A DNA stretch of 64,000 nt, from NCBI GenBank assembly GCA_050331735.1, contig JBHJGN010000019.1, forward strand, positions 80,169 to 144,168, written 5' to 3'. The DNA is from Cyanophyceae cyanobacterium (GTDB taxonomy: Bacteria > Cyanobacteriota > Cyanobacteriia > Cyanobacteriales > JBHJGN01). Of this stretch, positions 1-10,342 are shown in pieces. A program made the translations under genes and the position numbers. Numbering within the stretch: position 1 is the first letter of the stretch; every line of letters begins with the position of its first letter. The notes under the pieces are model-generated. The model saw only the letters and a program-made list of their open reading frames with translations, had not been told where the DNA came from and did no database searches.

Positions 1-849
1 AATTTCTGCTGTGGAATAAGGGATTTGAATCGTTCTCGTTCCAATTTTCGGCAACCCAGGAACGGCTGATTCGGCAATGAACGTGCCAGTGTTGGTGTCT
101 AAGCGAAGGATGACCACTCGCTCGGTATGGAGAGCTTTACGAACCTCATCAACAATCGTTTTTAAGACGTTCTCCTCCGAGAGAGACTCCCAGATACGGC
201 GAGTCAGTTCTAAAACAAGCTGCGATCGCTCTGCTGCTTGATTCTGTTGCTTGAGGAGTTCTGTCAACTGTGCTTCTACTAGATGAGTATTGGTGGTCAA
301 TGTCGCCAGCTCATCTGCGGATCTGGTCGAACTTTGACTTTGACGCAGCCGCTTAACGGTTTTAGCGGAGGCCTCAGCGGCGTCGAGGACGGGGCGAAGA
401 GTTCGATAAACCAACAACAGAGCAACGACTCCCGCTAGAGTCGCGGTGGCTCCGGTTCCGAGCAATAGCAGAAATAGCTGCTGCTGGAGAGCAAATTCTG
501 TTTCTTGCCAATCTAACGCGGTGGGCTCTGCTTGCTCAATCTGCTGTTCAATAGATTGGGAACTGACGTAGAAAACACTACCAACCACCAGCACTGGCAG
601 CGTACTGACGGCTAGCGCCCAGGCGGTCGCCTTCTTTCTTAAACTCCACTGGCGCCGAGGAGAGTTGGACGCTGGTACGGCCCACGGAGAACGCTGCATT
701 GTCGAGGTGGCGGCTGAGCGCTCGCTGGCGCTCGTCTGCTCGTGTCTATTTTGTGGCTCAGATTCAGCAGACTCGCCTGTAAAATGAGCCGCAGCAGCGA
801 CAGATTTAAGATTTTTCAGGGCTGGCTGAGAATTGTGGTGATTGTCCAT
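1..849 (-). CDS. Membrane-anchored GAF-domain signalling protein, N-terminal part (gene continues beyond window start)
   Basis: Own translation of the minus strand from the ATG (rc of 847-849) gives MDNHHNSQPALKN... It has two hydrophobic segments (WALAVSTLPVLVVGSVFYV and LFLLLLGTGATATLAGVVALLLVY), a coiled-coil linker, and a GAF-like start (LELTRRIWESLSEENVLKTIVDEVRKALHTERVVILRLD). The frame is open to position 1. It is absent from the ORF track because it is truncated. Confidence 0.6.
   Translation of the reverse strand, partial: MDNHHNSQPALKNLKSVAAAAHFTGESAESEPQNRHEQTSASERSAATSTMQRSPWAVPASNSPRRQWSLRKKATAWALAVSTLPVLVVGSVFYVSSQSIEQQIEQAEPTALDWQETEFALQQQLFLLLLGTGATATLAGVVALLLVYRTLRPVLDAAEASAKTVKRLRQSQSSTRSADELATLTTNTHLVEAQLTELLKQQNQAAERSQLVLELTRRIWESLSEENVLKTIVDEVRKALHTERVVILRLDTNTGTFIAESAVPGLPKIGTRTIQIPYSTAEI
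222..229. repeat. HIP1 octamer GCGATCGC (one example; other verified copies at 1531-1538, 5058-5065, 5518-5525, 20146-20153, 20164-20171, and many more)
   Basis: Exact palindrome GCGATCGC read directly. It recurs inside genes and spacers throughout the window, which is the known cyanobacterial HIP1 signature. Confidence 0.9.
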
Positions 850-1407
850 TGAACGTTCGTGGTTGGAAAGTCGGTGCTGAGGGTGCTGGGTATAGCTTCA
901 GTCAACAGAAAAGCAAGAGGGCAGTGCGGATGGAGTTGAGTCGTCAAAGAGCCTTATCATCAATACTAATCGATGCTAGAGTCAGTCAGATGTTCGCTCG
1001 AGCGGCAATGTGCAGATTTTTTAGAGAGCTTTTTCAGCGGTAATTGTTTTCTGGGGCAATCATCTGCTCGATCTGGGGGTCAGCGGCTGCTAGTCGAGCG
1101 TAAGCTCCCCTGGAGTTTCCAAACCAGTAAGTTTACGCTGATAATCTTCAATAGAGAGCGATCCGGCTTGAGAAAACCGTGACTGTTGCTCCCACAATTC
1201 CCAAAAATAAGTCATTGTTGCTGGCTGAGATTCTGGTGAAGCCGTTTAACTGGGGAGAATTCTGGTAGAGTCAGCGAGTGAGTCAAACACCAACTTCTGA
1301 TAGAATTGTAGTGAAATCGAATTTTAGCTCAGTAGCAAAGCTCAGTCGTTTTTGCCGTCGGTTCCTCAAAGCGCTTTCAAATTAGGCAGACGTAGCCGGG
1401 AAGTATA

Positions 1408-1842
1408 GTGATTGACCCCCCAACAATTTTGCTAGTAGAAGATGATTCTAACGATGTTTTGTTGATAGAGCGGGCTTTCCGGAAGGCAAACGTCAATACT
1501 CAAATTGAGATTGTGGCCGATGGCGATGAGGCGATCGCCTATCTAACGCAGCAGTCACTCGCTCGAAGCGACGCTCTGCCAGCACTCGTTCTCCTCGATC
1601 TCAAACTGCCCCGTCGTAGCGGGTTAGAAGTTCTAGAATGGGTTAGACAACAGCCCCTTTTGAAGCGACTGCTGGTAGTGGTATTAACCTCTTCTCGAGA
1701 AAGTCCAGATATTGCTCGGGCCTACGATTTGGGAGTCAACTCGTATTTGGTTAAGCCGGTTGTTTTTGACGATTTAGTAATTCTAGCCACCTATATTCAT
1801 CAGTACTGGCTTGACTGCAACGAACAACCAACCTTTTTTTGA
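1408..1842 (+). CDS. Single-domain response regulator (CheY-like receiver, Rcp1-like)
   Basis: ORF of 144 aa. Receiver motifs are ILLVEDDSNDVLL, the phospho-acceptor region LVLLDLKLP, VVVLTSS and LVKPV. Confidence 0.9.
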   Translation: MIDPPTILLVEDDSNDVLLIERAFRKANVNTQIEIVADGDEAIAYLTQQSLARSDALPALVLLDLKLPRRSGLEVLEWVRQQPLLKRLLVVVLTSSRESPDIARAYDLGVNSYLVKPVVFDDLVILATYIHQYWLDCNEQPTFF

Positions 1843-1968
1843 AGGGGCAGCAGTGACTGTGCTGTAGGGACGGTGTTGGTTCCCTCAGTAATGGCTGGTA
1901 TAATCTGGCTAGAAGCATTGTTGGTGCGACCGGACCATCAACCCCTGTGAATAAAGTCTGTTGGCCTG

Positions 1969-3927
1969 ATGACTGAACTGAAGCTGCTGCTCATTGACGA
2001 CAACGCAGACGACCGGGCTCTAGCGTTGCGGGAGCTAAAGCAGGAATTTTCTGAGCTTCAGGCCACCGAGGTCTATAGCCCAGAGAACCTGAATCACGCT
2101 CTTCAGCGCGGGGATTTCCAGCTTGCGATTACCGATTATCAATTACGCTGGACAACGGGGCTGGAGGTGTTGGAAGTGCTGAAAAAGCGCTACCCTCACT
2201 GTCCCGTGATTATGTTTACCGGGACGGGCAGTGAAGAAATTGCCGTCAAAGCGATGAAAGCAGGGCTAGATGATTACGTCATCAAATCTCCTCAGCATTT
2301 TATTCGTCTAGCCTCAGCCGTACGCTTAGTCTGGGAGCGGGAGCAGCAGCGCCAAGCTCTGCAAGAAGCAGAAAACCGCTACCAGCGGCTGTTTGAAGGC
2401 GTTCCGATTGGGCTTTATCGTCTCACCCCTGACGGACAGATCCTGGAAGCCAACAGCATGCTCGTTCACCTGTTAGGCTACGCCAACCGACAGGAGTTGA
2501 GCGCCGGAAAAGCAATTGAGCGACACTTAGAGCCGCGGTATCGTCAGCATTGGCGATCGCAGATGAAAGCGCAAGGAGCCGTACAGGGATTGGAAACCCC
2601 CCTGAAGCGCTGTGATGGTTCGCAGATTTGGGTGATCCATAGCGCGAGAGCCATTAAAGATGAACAGGAGCGTCTGCTGTATTACGAGGGAGCAGTCCAA
2701 GATATTACAGAACGGAAGCAATCGGAGCAAGAGCGAGCTCAACTGCTCAGCAGCGAACAAGAAGCGCGGGTGGAGGCGGAGGCGGCGAACCGTTTAAAAG
2801 ATGAATTTTTGGCAACGCTGTCCCACGAACTGCGCACTCCCCTCAACAGCATTTTTGGCTGGATTCAGCTACTGCGCCGCCAGAAATTGGGAGCTAAACA
2901 AACTGCCCAAGCGCTAGAGATCATCGAGCGCAACGCTAAGGCGCAAATTCAGTTGATTGACGATTTGCTAGATGTTTCGCGGATCATTCGAGGCCGGATG
3001 GAGCTCAATCTCGTTCCCGTTGACCTGACCGCGATCGTCAAATCGGCCCTGGATACAGTTCGTCCGGCGGCCCAAGCTAAAAACATTCAGCTACGGACGG
3101 GATACCCAGAGCGAGCGTGTTTTGTAGCTGGAGATCTCGACCGCCTTCAGCAAGTTTTCTGGAACCTGCTCGTCAACGCGATCAAGTTTACGTCTGAAGG
3201 CGGTTCAGTGACAGTTTTAGTAAAGGCGCAGCCGAATAGCGCTCTGATTCAGGTATGCGATACGGGGAAAGGCATCGACACTCAGCTACTGCCCCACATC
3301 TTTGAGCGGTTTCGTCAGCAAGATAGTACGTCTACCCGGACCCAGGGAGGACTGGGGTTGGGACTGGCAATCGTTCGTCATTTAGTTGAGCTTCATGGAG
3401 GAAAGGTCTGGGCAGATAGCCCAGGAATTCGACAGGGAGCAACCTTCTCCGTACAGCTCCCGCTTAATCGTCAGTCTCATCCGCCAATCGCTCCCCAAAC
3501 CAGAGGAATGCCCGCTCTTAACAACTGCCGGGTTCTGATCGTCGAAGACGACGAGGACGCCCGGACTTTAATTGCTCTAGTCCTTCGAGAATGCGGGGCC
3601 GACGTCACCGCCGTTGGTTCAGTGACCGAGGCGCTAGCAGCTGTTGAGTGCCGCTCGCCCCACGTCATCGTCAGCGATATTGCCATGCCGTCAGCAGACG
3701 GCTATGACCTCATGCGCCGGATTCGCAAGCGTCAGCGAGCGAATTCCTCCACTATTCCCGCAATCGCCGTCACGGCTTACGGTCGGGTAGAAGATCAGCA
3801 AAAAACTCAAGAGGCCGGATTTCAGATTCACTTAACGAAGCCAGTAGACGCGCTTCAACTGGCAGAAGCCGTCGCCAGTTTAACCCCTCAGCACAACGGA
3901 CCAGCGAGCGCAGATCAGCCTTTTTAA
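1969..3927 (+). CDS. Hybrid sensor histidine kinase (REC-PAS-HisKA-HATPase-REC)
   Basis: ORF of 652 aa. It has an N-terminal receiver (LLLIDDNADD...ITDYQL), a PAS-like segment, the H-box LATLSHELRTPLN, the N-box FWNLLVNAIKFT, G-boxes DTGKGI and GGLGLGLAIV, and a C-terminal receiver (VLIVEDDEDAR...VSDIAMP...TKPV). Confidence 0.9.
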   Translation: MTELKLLLIDDNADDRALALRELKQEFSELQATEVYSPENLNHALQRGDFQLAITDYQLRWTTGLEVLEVLKKRYPHCPVIMFTGTGSEEIAVKAMKAGLDDYVIKSPQHFIRLASAVRLVWEREQQRQALQEAENRYQRLFEGVPIGLYRLTPDGQILEANSMLVHLLGYANRQELSAGKAIERHLEPRYRQHWRSQMKAQGAVQGLETPLKRCDGSQIWVIHSARAIKDEQERLLYYEGAVQDITERKQSEQERAQLLSSEQEARVEAEAANRLKDEFLATLSHELRTPLNSIFGWIQLLRRQKLGAKQTAQALEIIERNAKAQIQLIDDLLDVSRIIRGRMELNLVPVDLTAIVKSALDTVRPAAQAKNIQLRTGYPERACFVAGDLDRLQQVFWNLLVNAIKFTSEGGSVTVLVKAQPNSALIQVCDTGKGIDTQLLPHIFERFRQQDSTSTRTQGGLGLGLAIVRHLVELHGGKVWADSPGIRQGATFSVQLPLNRQSHPPIAPQTRGMPALNNCRVLIVEDDEDARTLIALVLRECGADVTAVGSVTEALAAVECRSPHVIVSDIAMPSADGYDLMRRIRKRQRANSSTIPAIAVTAYGRVEDQQKTQEAGFQIHLTKPVDALQLAEAVASLTPQHNGPASADQPF

Positions 3928-4311
3928 GAGGAGTCAATAAACCTCGGGCTGCCGCTATTTTTTGTTCTTAGCTGGCTGGTTATTTGGAATGACTTGATAT
4001 TAACAAAACTTAGTAAATTGCTGATAGGTAGCAAGAGATTTGTAAAAGCTGCTGCTGAGAGAAAAATCACGATAATTAATAACTGAGTGAGGCGAGATGA
4101 CTGGAAAAATTTAAGATAGAGTCGATAGCCGACTGTTGTTTTGGCTCGATTTTTCTGGATTTGTTAAGCGTTAGCTAATCAAGCTGTATCAAGCTCTATC
4201 TCGTGAGAGATTAGACAGAGGTTTGCTAGAAAGATTATATATTTAGATAGATTGTGCGTTACCAAATGTTTGGTAATACTAGTATGTTAGTTTCCAAATG
4301 GAGAACGTTAT

Positions 4312-4665
4312 ATGATTGCTGCTTTTAAATTTAGTCTTCGCTGGGTCAGGTTATTGGTCGTTGTTTGTTTTTGCGCTTTATTGTTGACGATCAACGTGCG
4401 TCCGGCTGCCGCTATTGATAGCTATAAGAGTAATCCTGCTGAAGGCGAAACCCAGCTAAATGAAACGATCCGTAAAACTGAAGAGGTATCGAGATCTAAA
4501 CCGCGCTCTATGCAAGAACAGCAAGGATACCAAGAAGGTAAGGCAGGCTTGAATGCGGTTCAAGGAACGGCTGATGCTGAGAAAATGAGCCGTCCCGAAA
4601 ATTCCTCAGAAGCGACTTCTGTAGAAACCAAAATTAAAGAGGGACTGAGAGACTTTTTGGAATAA
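4312..4665 (+). CDS. Hypothetical small secreted protein
   Basis: ORF of 117 aa. The N-terminus is signal-like (LLVVVCFCALLLTINVRPAAA) and the rest is hydrophilic. An intrinsic terminator follows. Confidence 0.5.
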   Translation: MIAAFKFSLRWVRLLVVVCFCALLLTINVRPAAAIDSYKSNPAEGETQLNETIRKTEEVSRSKPRSMQEQQGYQEGKAGLNAVQGTADAEKMSRPENSSEATSVETKIKEGLRDFLE

Positions 4666-4722
4666 ACCCTCAAAAAATCCGATCGAAGCGTGCAATAGAG
4701 CTACAAAAATTGAGCTATGGTA

Positions 4723-4751
4723 AAGCACCGTCTTTAACGCGGTGCTTTTTT
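4723..4751 (+). terminator. Rho-independent terminator
   Basis: Stem AAGCACCG / CGGTGCTT with a 9-nt loop, followed by a T run (cggtgcttttttgg), downstream of the 4312-4665 gene. Confidence 0.7.
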
Positions 4752-4765
4752 GGTGAGCGAGATGC

Positions 4766-5512
4766 TCAAACGGCTGCGGGAGATTTAGCTTCGTAGTAGC
4801 GATTGGCAATATTGCCAAGAGTATAGAACATACCGGCATTGGTCGCTGCTCCGTAAACAGCCCCCACAACCGGCAAGATTTCAATAATTCCCAACCCTCC
4901 CTTGAAAACGCCGGAACTCCCTATTGCTAAAGCGAGCATGGCAGCGACTTCCCCGCGACGAGCATCCGCCGTGAGATTTAAGCCGTAGGCTGCCGCAATT
5001 TCATAAATCATTTCGGCCTGCATTTTCGAGAGCGCGGCTAGCTCTAATCCAAGGAGAGCGATCGCCACTGGCGGTACCACGTTCGTCGCCAGACCAATCC
5101 CGCCAGCGGATAAGGCTTTCTGAATAATCAGGCGCTGAGCAATTTCGCTTGGAGTTGCTCGCGGGTACTCAAGCTGAAGCTTCGTCACGGCTTGCTGAGT
5201 TTTCTCGATATCAGCTTCCCCGAGCAGCGTTCGCACCCAGTCAGCGCCTAGATTGTCGGTTAGGAACTGGAGGACAGAATTTTGGGACAGGGAAGAGAGA
5301 GTCCGTCCAGCTCCTTCAGTGGCTTGCTCTACGAAAGGCTGAGTGACTTGAACCGTTGTTTTACTAATCGTTTCCACGGCCTCGCCCACTGCCGCTGCTG
5401 TCTGAGACGCTGTCGCAACGGCTTCTTCTACCGCTTTGGCTGCCTCTGCAAAGAGGGTTTGCTCGTCGAATAACTGGCTCAGTGAGAGCTGGTGTGGAAG
5501 TGAATCTTGCAT
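4766..5512 (-). CDS. Hypothetical protein, EcsC-like C-terminal region (tentative)
   Basis: ORF of 248 aa. The Gly/Ala-rich hydrophobic C-terminal half (SAGGIGLATNVVPP...MQAEMIYEIAAAYGLNL) resembles EcsC-type proteins. The family assignment is from memory only. Confidence 0.5.
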   Translation of the reverse strand: MQDSLPHQLSLSQLFDEQTLFAEAAKAVEEAVATASQTAAAVGEAVETISKTTVQVTQPFVEQATEGAGRTLSSLSQNSVLQFLTDNLGADWVRTLLGEADIEKTQQAVTKLQLEYPRATPSEIAQRLIIQKALSAGGIGLATNVVPPVAIALLGLELAALSKMQAEMIYEIAAAYGLNLTADARRGEVAAMLALAIGSSGVFKGGLGIIEILPVVGAVYGAATNAGMFYTLGNIANRYYEAKSPAAV

Positions 5513-5712
5513 AGAAGGCGATCGCGCAATTTACTGTCCTGTTTTTACTCCATTCAGCAGTAAAACCGCACTATCTAAAGACAGAAATGTAGCGGTTCTC
5601 GCTGGCTCAGTCTTCTCAATGGATGAGTTACAACTCACTGAGCCATTGCTTTCTAAAACCGAATAAGATGGCTAGTTGTGAGCTTTCACCTAAATTGAGA
5701 AATCCGATTTCC

Positions 5713-7068
5713 ATGAAACGAGTGCGTCCTTTAATGAGGTTTTTTGTCTTGATGTTAATCGCAGCAATCATACTGGTTGCTCCGGCTGTCTCTCAAGAAG
5801 CGCCAGGCTCGGCTCCTACCGCCTCTACAACCGACGACGGCGCTTACTTTGCAGACGTGTTAGTGAGAGGAAAACCAGTCTTTGAAATCGGGAGCCTAGC
5901 CAATCTCAGCGCCAGCGATCGCGCCCGCATCATTAACCGCCGGATTGCGAGTCTGCTTTCTCAAGGAGGTGAGATTGCATCGGTAGAGACGGTTCCAGAC
6001 GAGCCTCGCGGCATTGCCAAACTCCAGGTCAACAATCGCGTGATTATGACCGTCACAGAGCAGGATGCCCAGGATTTTGGCGTTGATGGTGATGTCGAGG
6101 CGTTAGCGAACCGCTGGAGCGAACGACTCAATCAGGAACTCGATCAGCCGCCACTAGCTATTGATGTTGGCCAGCGCCTCTACGGCACTGTCCGTCAGCT
6201 CCTGCGAGATTTGGTTATTAACCTCCCTTCGCTGCTCGGCGCGGCGATCGTGGTGCTCTTGACGTGGATTGTTGCTAGGGTAGTCCGCTTTATTGCTTTC
6301 AGATGGGCGCAACAAACCGAGGGAGATAGCAGTACGGAAATTTTAATCGGACGGCTGGGCTATGGGGGAGTTTGGGTACTAGGAAGCGTTATCGCTCTGG
6401 GCGTTCTTGGTCTTGATGTTGGCGCTTTACTCGGAGCGCTAGGACTCACCAGCGTTGCTATCGGTTTTAGCCTTAAAGATGTTTTGAGTAACTACATCTC
6501 CGGCGTAATTTTGTTGGCGGCAAGACCGTTTGGGATTAACGATCAGGTCGTAATCGGTGATTACGAGGGCACGATTACGCAGATCCAACTGCGGGCAACC
6601 ACCATGAAAACCTACGACGGTCGCTTAGTATACATTCCCAACCAGGAAGTGTTTCAAGCCAGCATCATCAACAATACGGCTTCTCCTCGTCGCCGCAGTT
6701 CAGTGATGGTAGGGATCGATTACGGAGCAGATGTCGCAGAAGCCATACAGGTCATTATGAAAGCTTTACAGTCCGTCCAACAGGTCGAGCAAAAGCCCGC
6801 AGCAGACGTTTTGGTGCAGGAATTAGCAGCGAGTACAGTCAATTTAGAAGTTCGCTTTTGGGTAGATTCTCGACGTGCTGGTTTTCTGGCTACTACCTCT
6901 CAAGTGGCCCAGGCCATTAAAGAGTCTCTAGAAGCCGCTGCGATTGATATGCCAACCGATATCTATACCTTAATATTTCGTAACTCTCCACCTCAAATTG
7001 GAGACGAAATTAAGAAAGTGCTGACAGACTCGCAAGTTTCTCTCTTCGAGGGCAACTCGTCCAAGTAA
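5713..7068 (+). CDS. Mechanosensitive ion channel (MscS family)
   Basis: The ORF is 5623-7068. I prefer the ATG at 5713 (MKRVRPLMRFFVLMLIAAIIL), which gives a signal/TM segment. There are TM helices and an MscS beta-domain-like core (GVILLAARPFGINDQVVIGDYEGTITQIQLRATTMKTYDGRLVYIPN). Confidence 0.85.
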   Translation: MKRVRPLMRFFVLMLIAAIILVAPAVSQEAPGSAPTASTTDDGAYFADVLVRGKPVFEIGSLANLSASDRARIINRRIASLLSQGGEIASVETVPDEPRGIAKLQVNNRVIMTVTEQDAQDFGVDGDVEALANRWSERLNQELDQPPLAIDVGQRLYGTVRQLLRDLVINLPSLLGAAIVVLLTWIVARVVRFIAFRWAQQTEGDSSTEILIGRLGYGGVWVLGSVIALGVLGLDVGALLGALGLTSVAIGFSLKDVLSNYISGVILLAARPFGINDQVVIGDYEGTITQIQLRATTMKTYDGRLVYIPNQEVFQASIINNTASPRRRSSVMVGIDYGADVAEAIQVIMKALQSVQQVEQKPAADVLVQELAASTVNLEVRFWVDSRRAGFLATTSQVAQAIKESLEAAAIDMPTDIYTLIFRNSPPQIGDEIKKVLTDSQVSLFEGNSSK

Positions 7069-7356
7069 CCTCCTATAAAAGTTGTTGCGAGCCAGCCAGG
7101 AACTTCTTAGACTTTGGCTTTTCCCTGTTTTCCTGGTTCTAGTCATTAGCGACTTTTTCTTGACAAGAAGTTGGTTTCTATTGCAAAAAAAATCTTCTAT
7201 CAAAAGTCAGATATTAGTAAAAAATTAACTGCAACAGGATAGGCAAATTAGCTATTACAGCTAACATTAATCTCTACCTGAAGTGGAGGCTAGTTAAGGA
7301 AGATAATCAGATAAAATAGAAACAAACAAATTACATAAAGTATAGAGGAAAACAAC

Positions 7357-7632
7357 ATGATTGGTAATCTTATCGCTTGGTTAGTTTTAGGTTTAATTGC
7401 TGGTGCGTTAGCAAAACTAATTTACCCTGGTCACCAAGGCGGCGGTATTATCGCTACGATTGGCTTAGGCGTTTTAGGCGCTCTTGTTGGTGGCTTTCTA
7501 GGTAGAGCCTTGCTTGGGACCGGCGGGGGAGCGGCAGCCGGAGTTCTATCAATTCCTAGCATCATTTTTGCTATTATCGGCGCCATCGTCTTAATTTTCA
7601 TCTGGGGTTTATTGACTCGCAGAACAACCTAG
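7357..7632 (+). CDS. GlsB/YeaQ/YmgE family stress-response membrane protein
   Basis: ORF of 91 aa, Gly-rich, with three TM segments (MIGNLIAWLVLGLIAGALAKLI...), typical of the transglycosylase-associated/GlsB family. Confidence 0.85.
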   Translation: MIGNLIAWLVLGLIAGALAKLIYPGHQGGGIIATIGLGVLGALVGGFLGRALLGTGGGAAAGVLSIPSIIFAIIGAIVLIFIWGLLTRRTT

Positions 7633-8308
7633 TTTTTACCACACTGCAGGGCGTTGCTACCAATCGTAAGGCTAGCTTAATCTAAGCTAGGTTATCATTG
7701 GCCGTGAACGACTAACGCCCGACGTTTATTTCCCCTAATCATCATTATTTAGTCTTCCGTTCTACAGCAGTACAGAAGCAAGGTAGAGTCTGGAGGCTCG
7801 ACTAGTTAACGATAAAAGGAAAAGAAACTGTGGGAGCAGAATTTCTGCTCCTCTGTTATTAGATGTCTTGTTAGATGCTATATTGATGCTTTTGTGAAGC
7901 CCGAACTGACTTAACTAATGATATTTTCATTGTTAGCTGAAGCGTAGAAGGCACTGGGCTAATCAACAATTATAAACTGTCAGCTCTCTTGCTCTTCTCG
8001 GTTAACGAAAATGAGAAACGCTAACGAAATTTTACGTCAGCAGTTAAAAAGATAAGGCTAGGGAAGTACGGCACAGTCGACTAGCTTCTGTCGTTAGTAG
8101 GATGAACGAGGTGCAGCTATTTTTTTAATCTATAGGCGGGTGGTAACAAACTAAGCAAGATAAGAGATTAAAACGCGCTTGCAATCATGTCGTATAAATC
8201 AAAAATCTACTAGCCTAACTTTGACACGTTTGTTGATAAGTATCAGCTTCAACGTAGTTTGTTGGCACTACCCTGCGAGTATAGATAAGAATTAAAGGAG
8301 AATTATAG

Positions 8309-9142
8309 ATGAGAGCTGAACTAGCCAGAATTAAGGACTACTACCCAAACTACAAAGACGAAGTGTTTGGCGGAGAAGACATTATTGGATACAGTGTCTA
8401 CAGTGACAATAACGACAAAATCGGAGAAGTCCACGACATTATCGTAGATGATACTGGACGTTTGCGTTATTTCGTCATCGATACCGGATTTTGGGTCTTT
8501 GGGAAAAAAGTCCTGTTACCTATCGGCAGAGCTAAGACCGATTTCAATCAAAACCGCATCTATGCGACAGGAATGACGGAAGAACAGGCCAAGAATTTGC
8601 CAGAGTACAATGAGAACACCGCTCTTGATTACGATTACGAAGAGAGAGTGAGGGGGGCGTATAGAACGCCAGCAACTCAGCCTACTCGGACTAGCTACAG
8701 CCGTGAGAATTATAGCTACGATTACGATCCTAGTCTTTACGACCTGAACGAAGCTGACCACTCTACGCTCAGGCTGTACGAGGAAAGGTTGGTTGCCAAC
8801 AAGAATCGCTACAAAGCTGGTGAAGTTGCCGTTGGCAAAAGAGTTGAAACGGAAACGGCTCAAGTGGCTGTCCCGGTAGAAAAGGAAAGAGTTGTGATCG
8901 AACGCACTAACCCGACCGATACGACTCCAGTTGCTCCTGGTTCCACCGACTTCCGCGAAGGGGAAGTGGCTCGTGTGGAAGTGTATGAAGAAACGGCTGA
9001 AGTTAACAAGCAAGCTTTTGTTCGGGAAGAGGTTAGCGTCAGAAAAGAGGTAGACCGAGACACCGTTACGGCCAAAGAGCAAATTCGCCGCGAAGAACTA
9101 GAGGTAGATGTAGACGGTAAGCCCAACGTCAAAGACGTCTAG
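8309..9142 (+). CDS. PRC-barrel plus DUF2382 (YsnF/AvaK) stress protein
   Basis: ORF of 277 aa. It has an N-terminal PRC-barrel-like region (GYSVYSDNNDKIGEVHDIIVDDTGRLRYFVIDTG) and a C-terminal DUF2382 pattern (LRLYEERLVANKNRYKAGEVAVGKRVETETAQVAVPVEKERVVIER...VREEVSVRKE). Confidence 0.8.
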   Translation: MRAELARIKDYYPNYKDEVFGGEDIIGYSVYSDNNDKIGEVHDIIVDDTGRLRYFVIDTGFWVFGKKVLLPIGRAKTDFNQNRIYATGMTEEQAKNLPEYNENTALDYDYEERVRGAYRTPATQPTRTSYSRENYSYDYDPSLYDLNEADHSTLRLYEERLVANKNRYKAGEVAVGKRVETETAQVAVPVEKERVVIERTNPTDTTPVAPGSTDFREGEVARVEVYEETAEVNKQAFVREEVSVRKEVDRDTVTAKEQIRREELEVDVDGKPNVKDV

Positions 9143-9168
9143 AGCGGCTGATTTCTCCAGACGATCGA

Positions 9169-9195
9169 AAGCAGAGTCCGCCATAGACTCTGCTT
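9169..9195 (+). terminator. Terminator-like hairpin after the first DUF2382 gene
   Basis: Perfect 10-bp stem AAGCAGAGTC / GACTCTGCTT with a 7-nt loop. The trailing T run is weak. Confidence 0.5.
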
Positions 9196-9396
9196 CGAGG
9201 TACGAGGAAAGCATTCATAGAACTGGCTTGAGTGCGCTCAACGCAGCGCCTAGAAACGCTTCGAGGTGAAGCTTTATGTTCTGAGAATGTTCAAGTCCCT
9301 CAGCTAAGTGCGACTCTCCATCATTGGTCAGATGAACAGCTTGTCCGTCGTTTCTACTATTTTTACTAAACGTCATTTATTGGGAATATACAACTT

Positions 9397-10266
9397 ATGT
9401 CTCTAGTTAAAATTGCTGATTATTATCCAGACTACAAAAGCAGAGTATTTGATGGCGAAGATGTTATTGGGTACAGCGTTTACAACGAGAAAGAGGAAAA
9501 GCTCGGGGACGTCCATGAAATTCTTCTAGACGAACAGGGACGCTTCCGCTACTTTGTCATTGATACAGGCTTTTGGATCTTTGGGAAAAAGGTGCTGATG
9601 CCAGTGGGCCGAACTCGCATGGATTTTGCTCGTCGTCGGGTTTATGCAATGGGAATGACCCACGAGCAAGCAGAAGCTCTCCCAGAATATCGTGAAAATA
9701 CGGTTGTCGATTACGACTACGAAGAGCAGGTCAGAGAAACTTACCGTCCTAGCGTTGCTCAAACCGATCGCCCGACAGCATCTACTGGAGAAGGGGTCGG
9801 AACGAGCCGCCGTGAACCCACTCGTGACAACTACAGCTACGATGATGACCCAGACCTCTATGGCCTCAACGAGCAGAATCATGAAAAGCTAAAGCTATAC
9901 GAAGAGCGTTTAGTGGCGGATAAAGACCGCTATAAAGCTGGTGAAGTTTCCGTGGGCAAGAGAGTTGAAACAGAAACAGCAGAGGTTTCCGTTCCGGTCG
10001 AAAAAGAACGGGTCGTCATTGAGCGTAAATCCCCAACTGATGCTACACCAACAACGCCAGGAACGGCTGATTTTAGGGAAGGAGAAGTAGCTCGTATGGA
10101 GGTTTATGAAGAATCGGCTGATGTCGAAAAACAAGCCTTTGTTCGGGAGGAAGTTAAAGTTAGAAAAGAGGTAGACCGAGAAACTGTTGCAACCGAGGAA
10201 ACGGTCCGTCGAGAAGAGTTAGACGTTGATGTAGTAGAAGGAAAGCCGAACGTCAAAGACCTGTAA
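9397..10266 (+). CDS. PRC-barrel plus DUF2382 (YsnF/AvaK) stress protein, tandem paralog
   Basis: ORF of 289 aa, collinear with the 8309-9142 product. The N- and C-terminal domains are the same and the central linker has diverged. Confidence 0.8.
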   Translation: MSLVKIADYYPDYKSRVFDGEDVIGYSVYNEKEEKLGDVHEILLDEQGRFRYFVIDTGFWIFGKKVLMPVGRTRMDFARRRVYAMGMTHEQAEALPEYRENTVVDYDYEEQVRETYRPSVAQTDRPTASTGEGVGTSRREPTRDNYSYDDDPDLYGLNEQNHEKLKLYEERLVADKDRYKAGEVSVGKRVETETAEVSVPVEKERVVIERKSPTDATPTTPGTADFREGEVARMEVYEESADVEKQAFVREEVKVRKEVDRETVATEETVRREELDVDVVEGKPNVKDL

Positions 10267-10342
10267 ACTGAAAGTAAACCATTGCAGACAGGGCAGGTGG
10301 AGAATGCTTTCTACCTGCCTCTATTTAAAAAAAGGGTTAAAA

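Noticed and set aside
849-1182. Two small ORFs (849-1043, 973-1182) in the divergent spacer
   Set aside because: They have a TTG or weak start, no motifs, and overlap each other. The region more likely holds promoters for the divergent sensor and response-regulator genes.
8221-8300. TTGACA hexamer at 8221-8226 as the promoter of the DUF2382 gene
   Set aside because: I could not find a properly spaced -10 element by eye. There is no supporting evidence without transcript mapping.
8516-9082. 188-aa ORF antisense to the PRC-barrel/DUF2382 gene (also 8860-9132, 9526-9882, 9910-10134)
   Set aside because: These lie entirely inside well-supported sense genes. The compositionally odd peptides are typical shadow ORFs.
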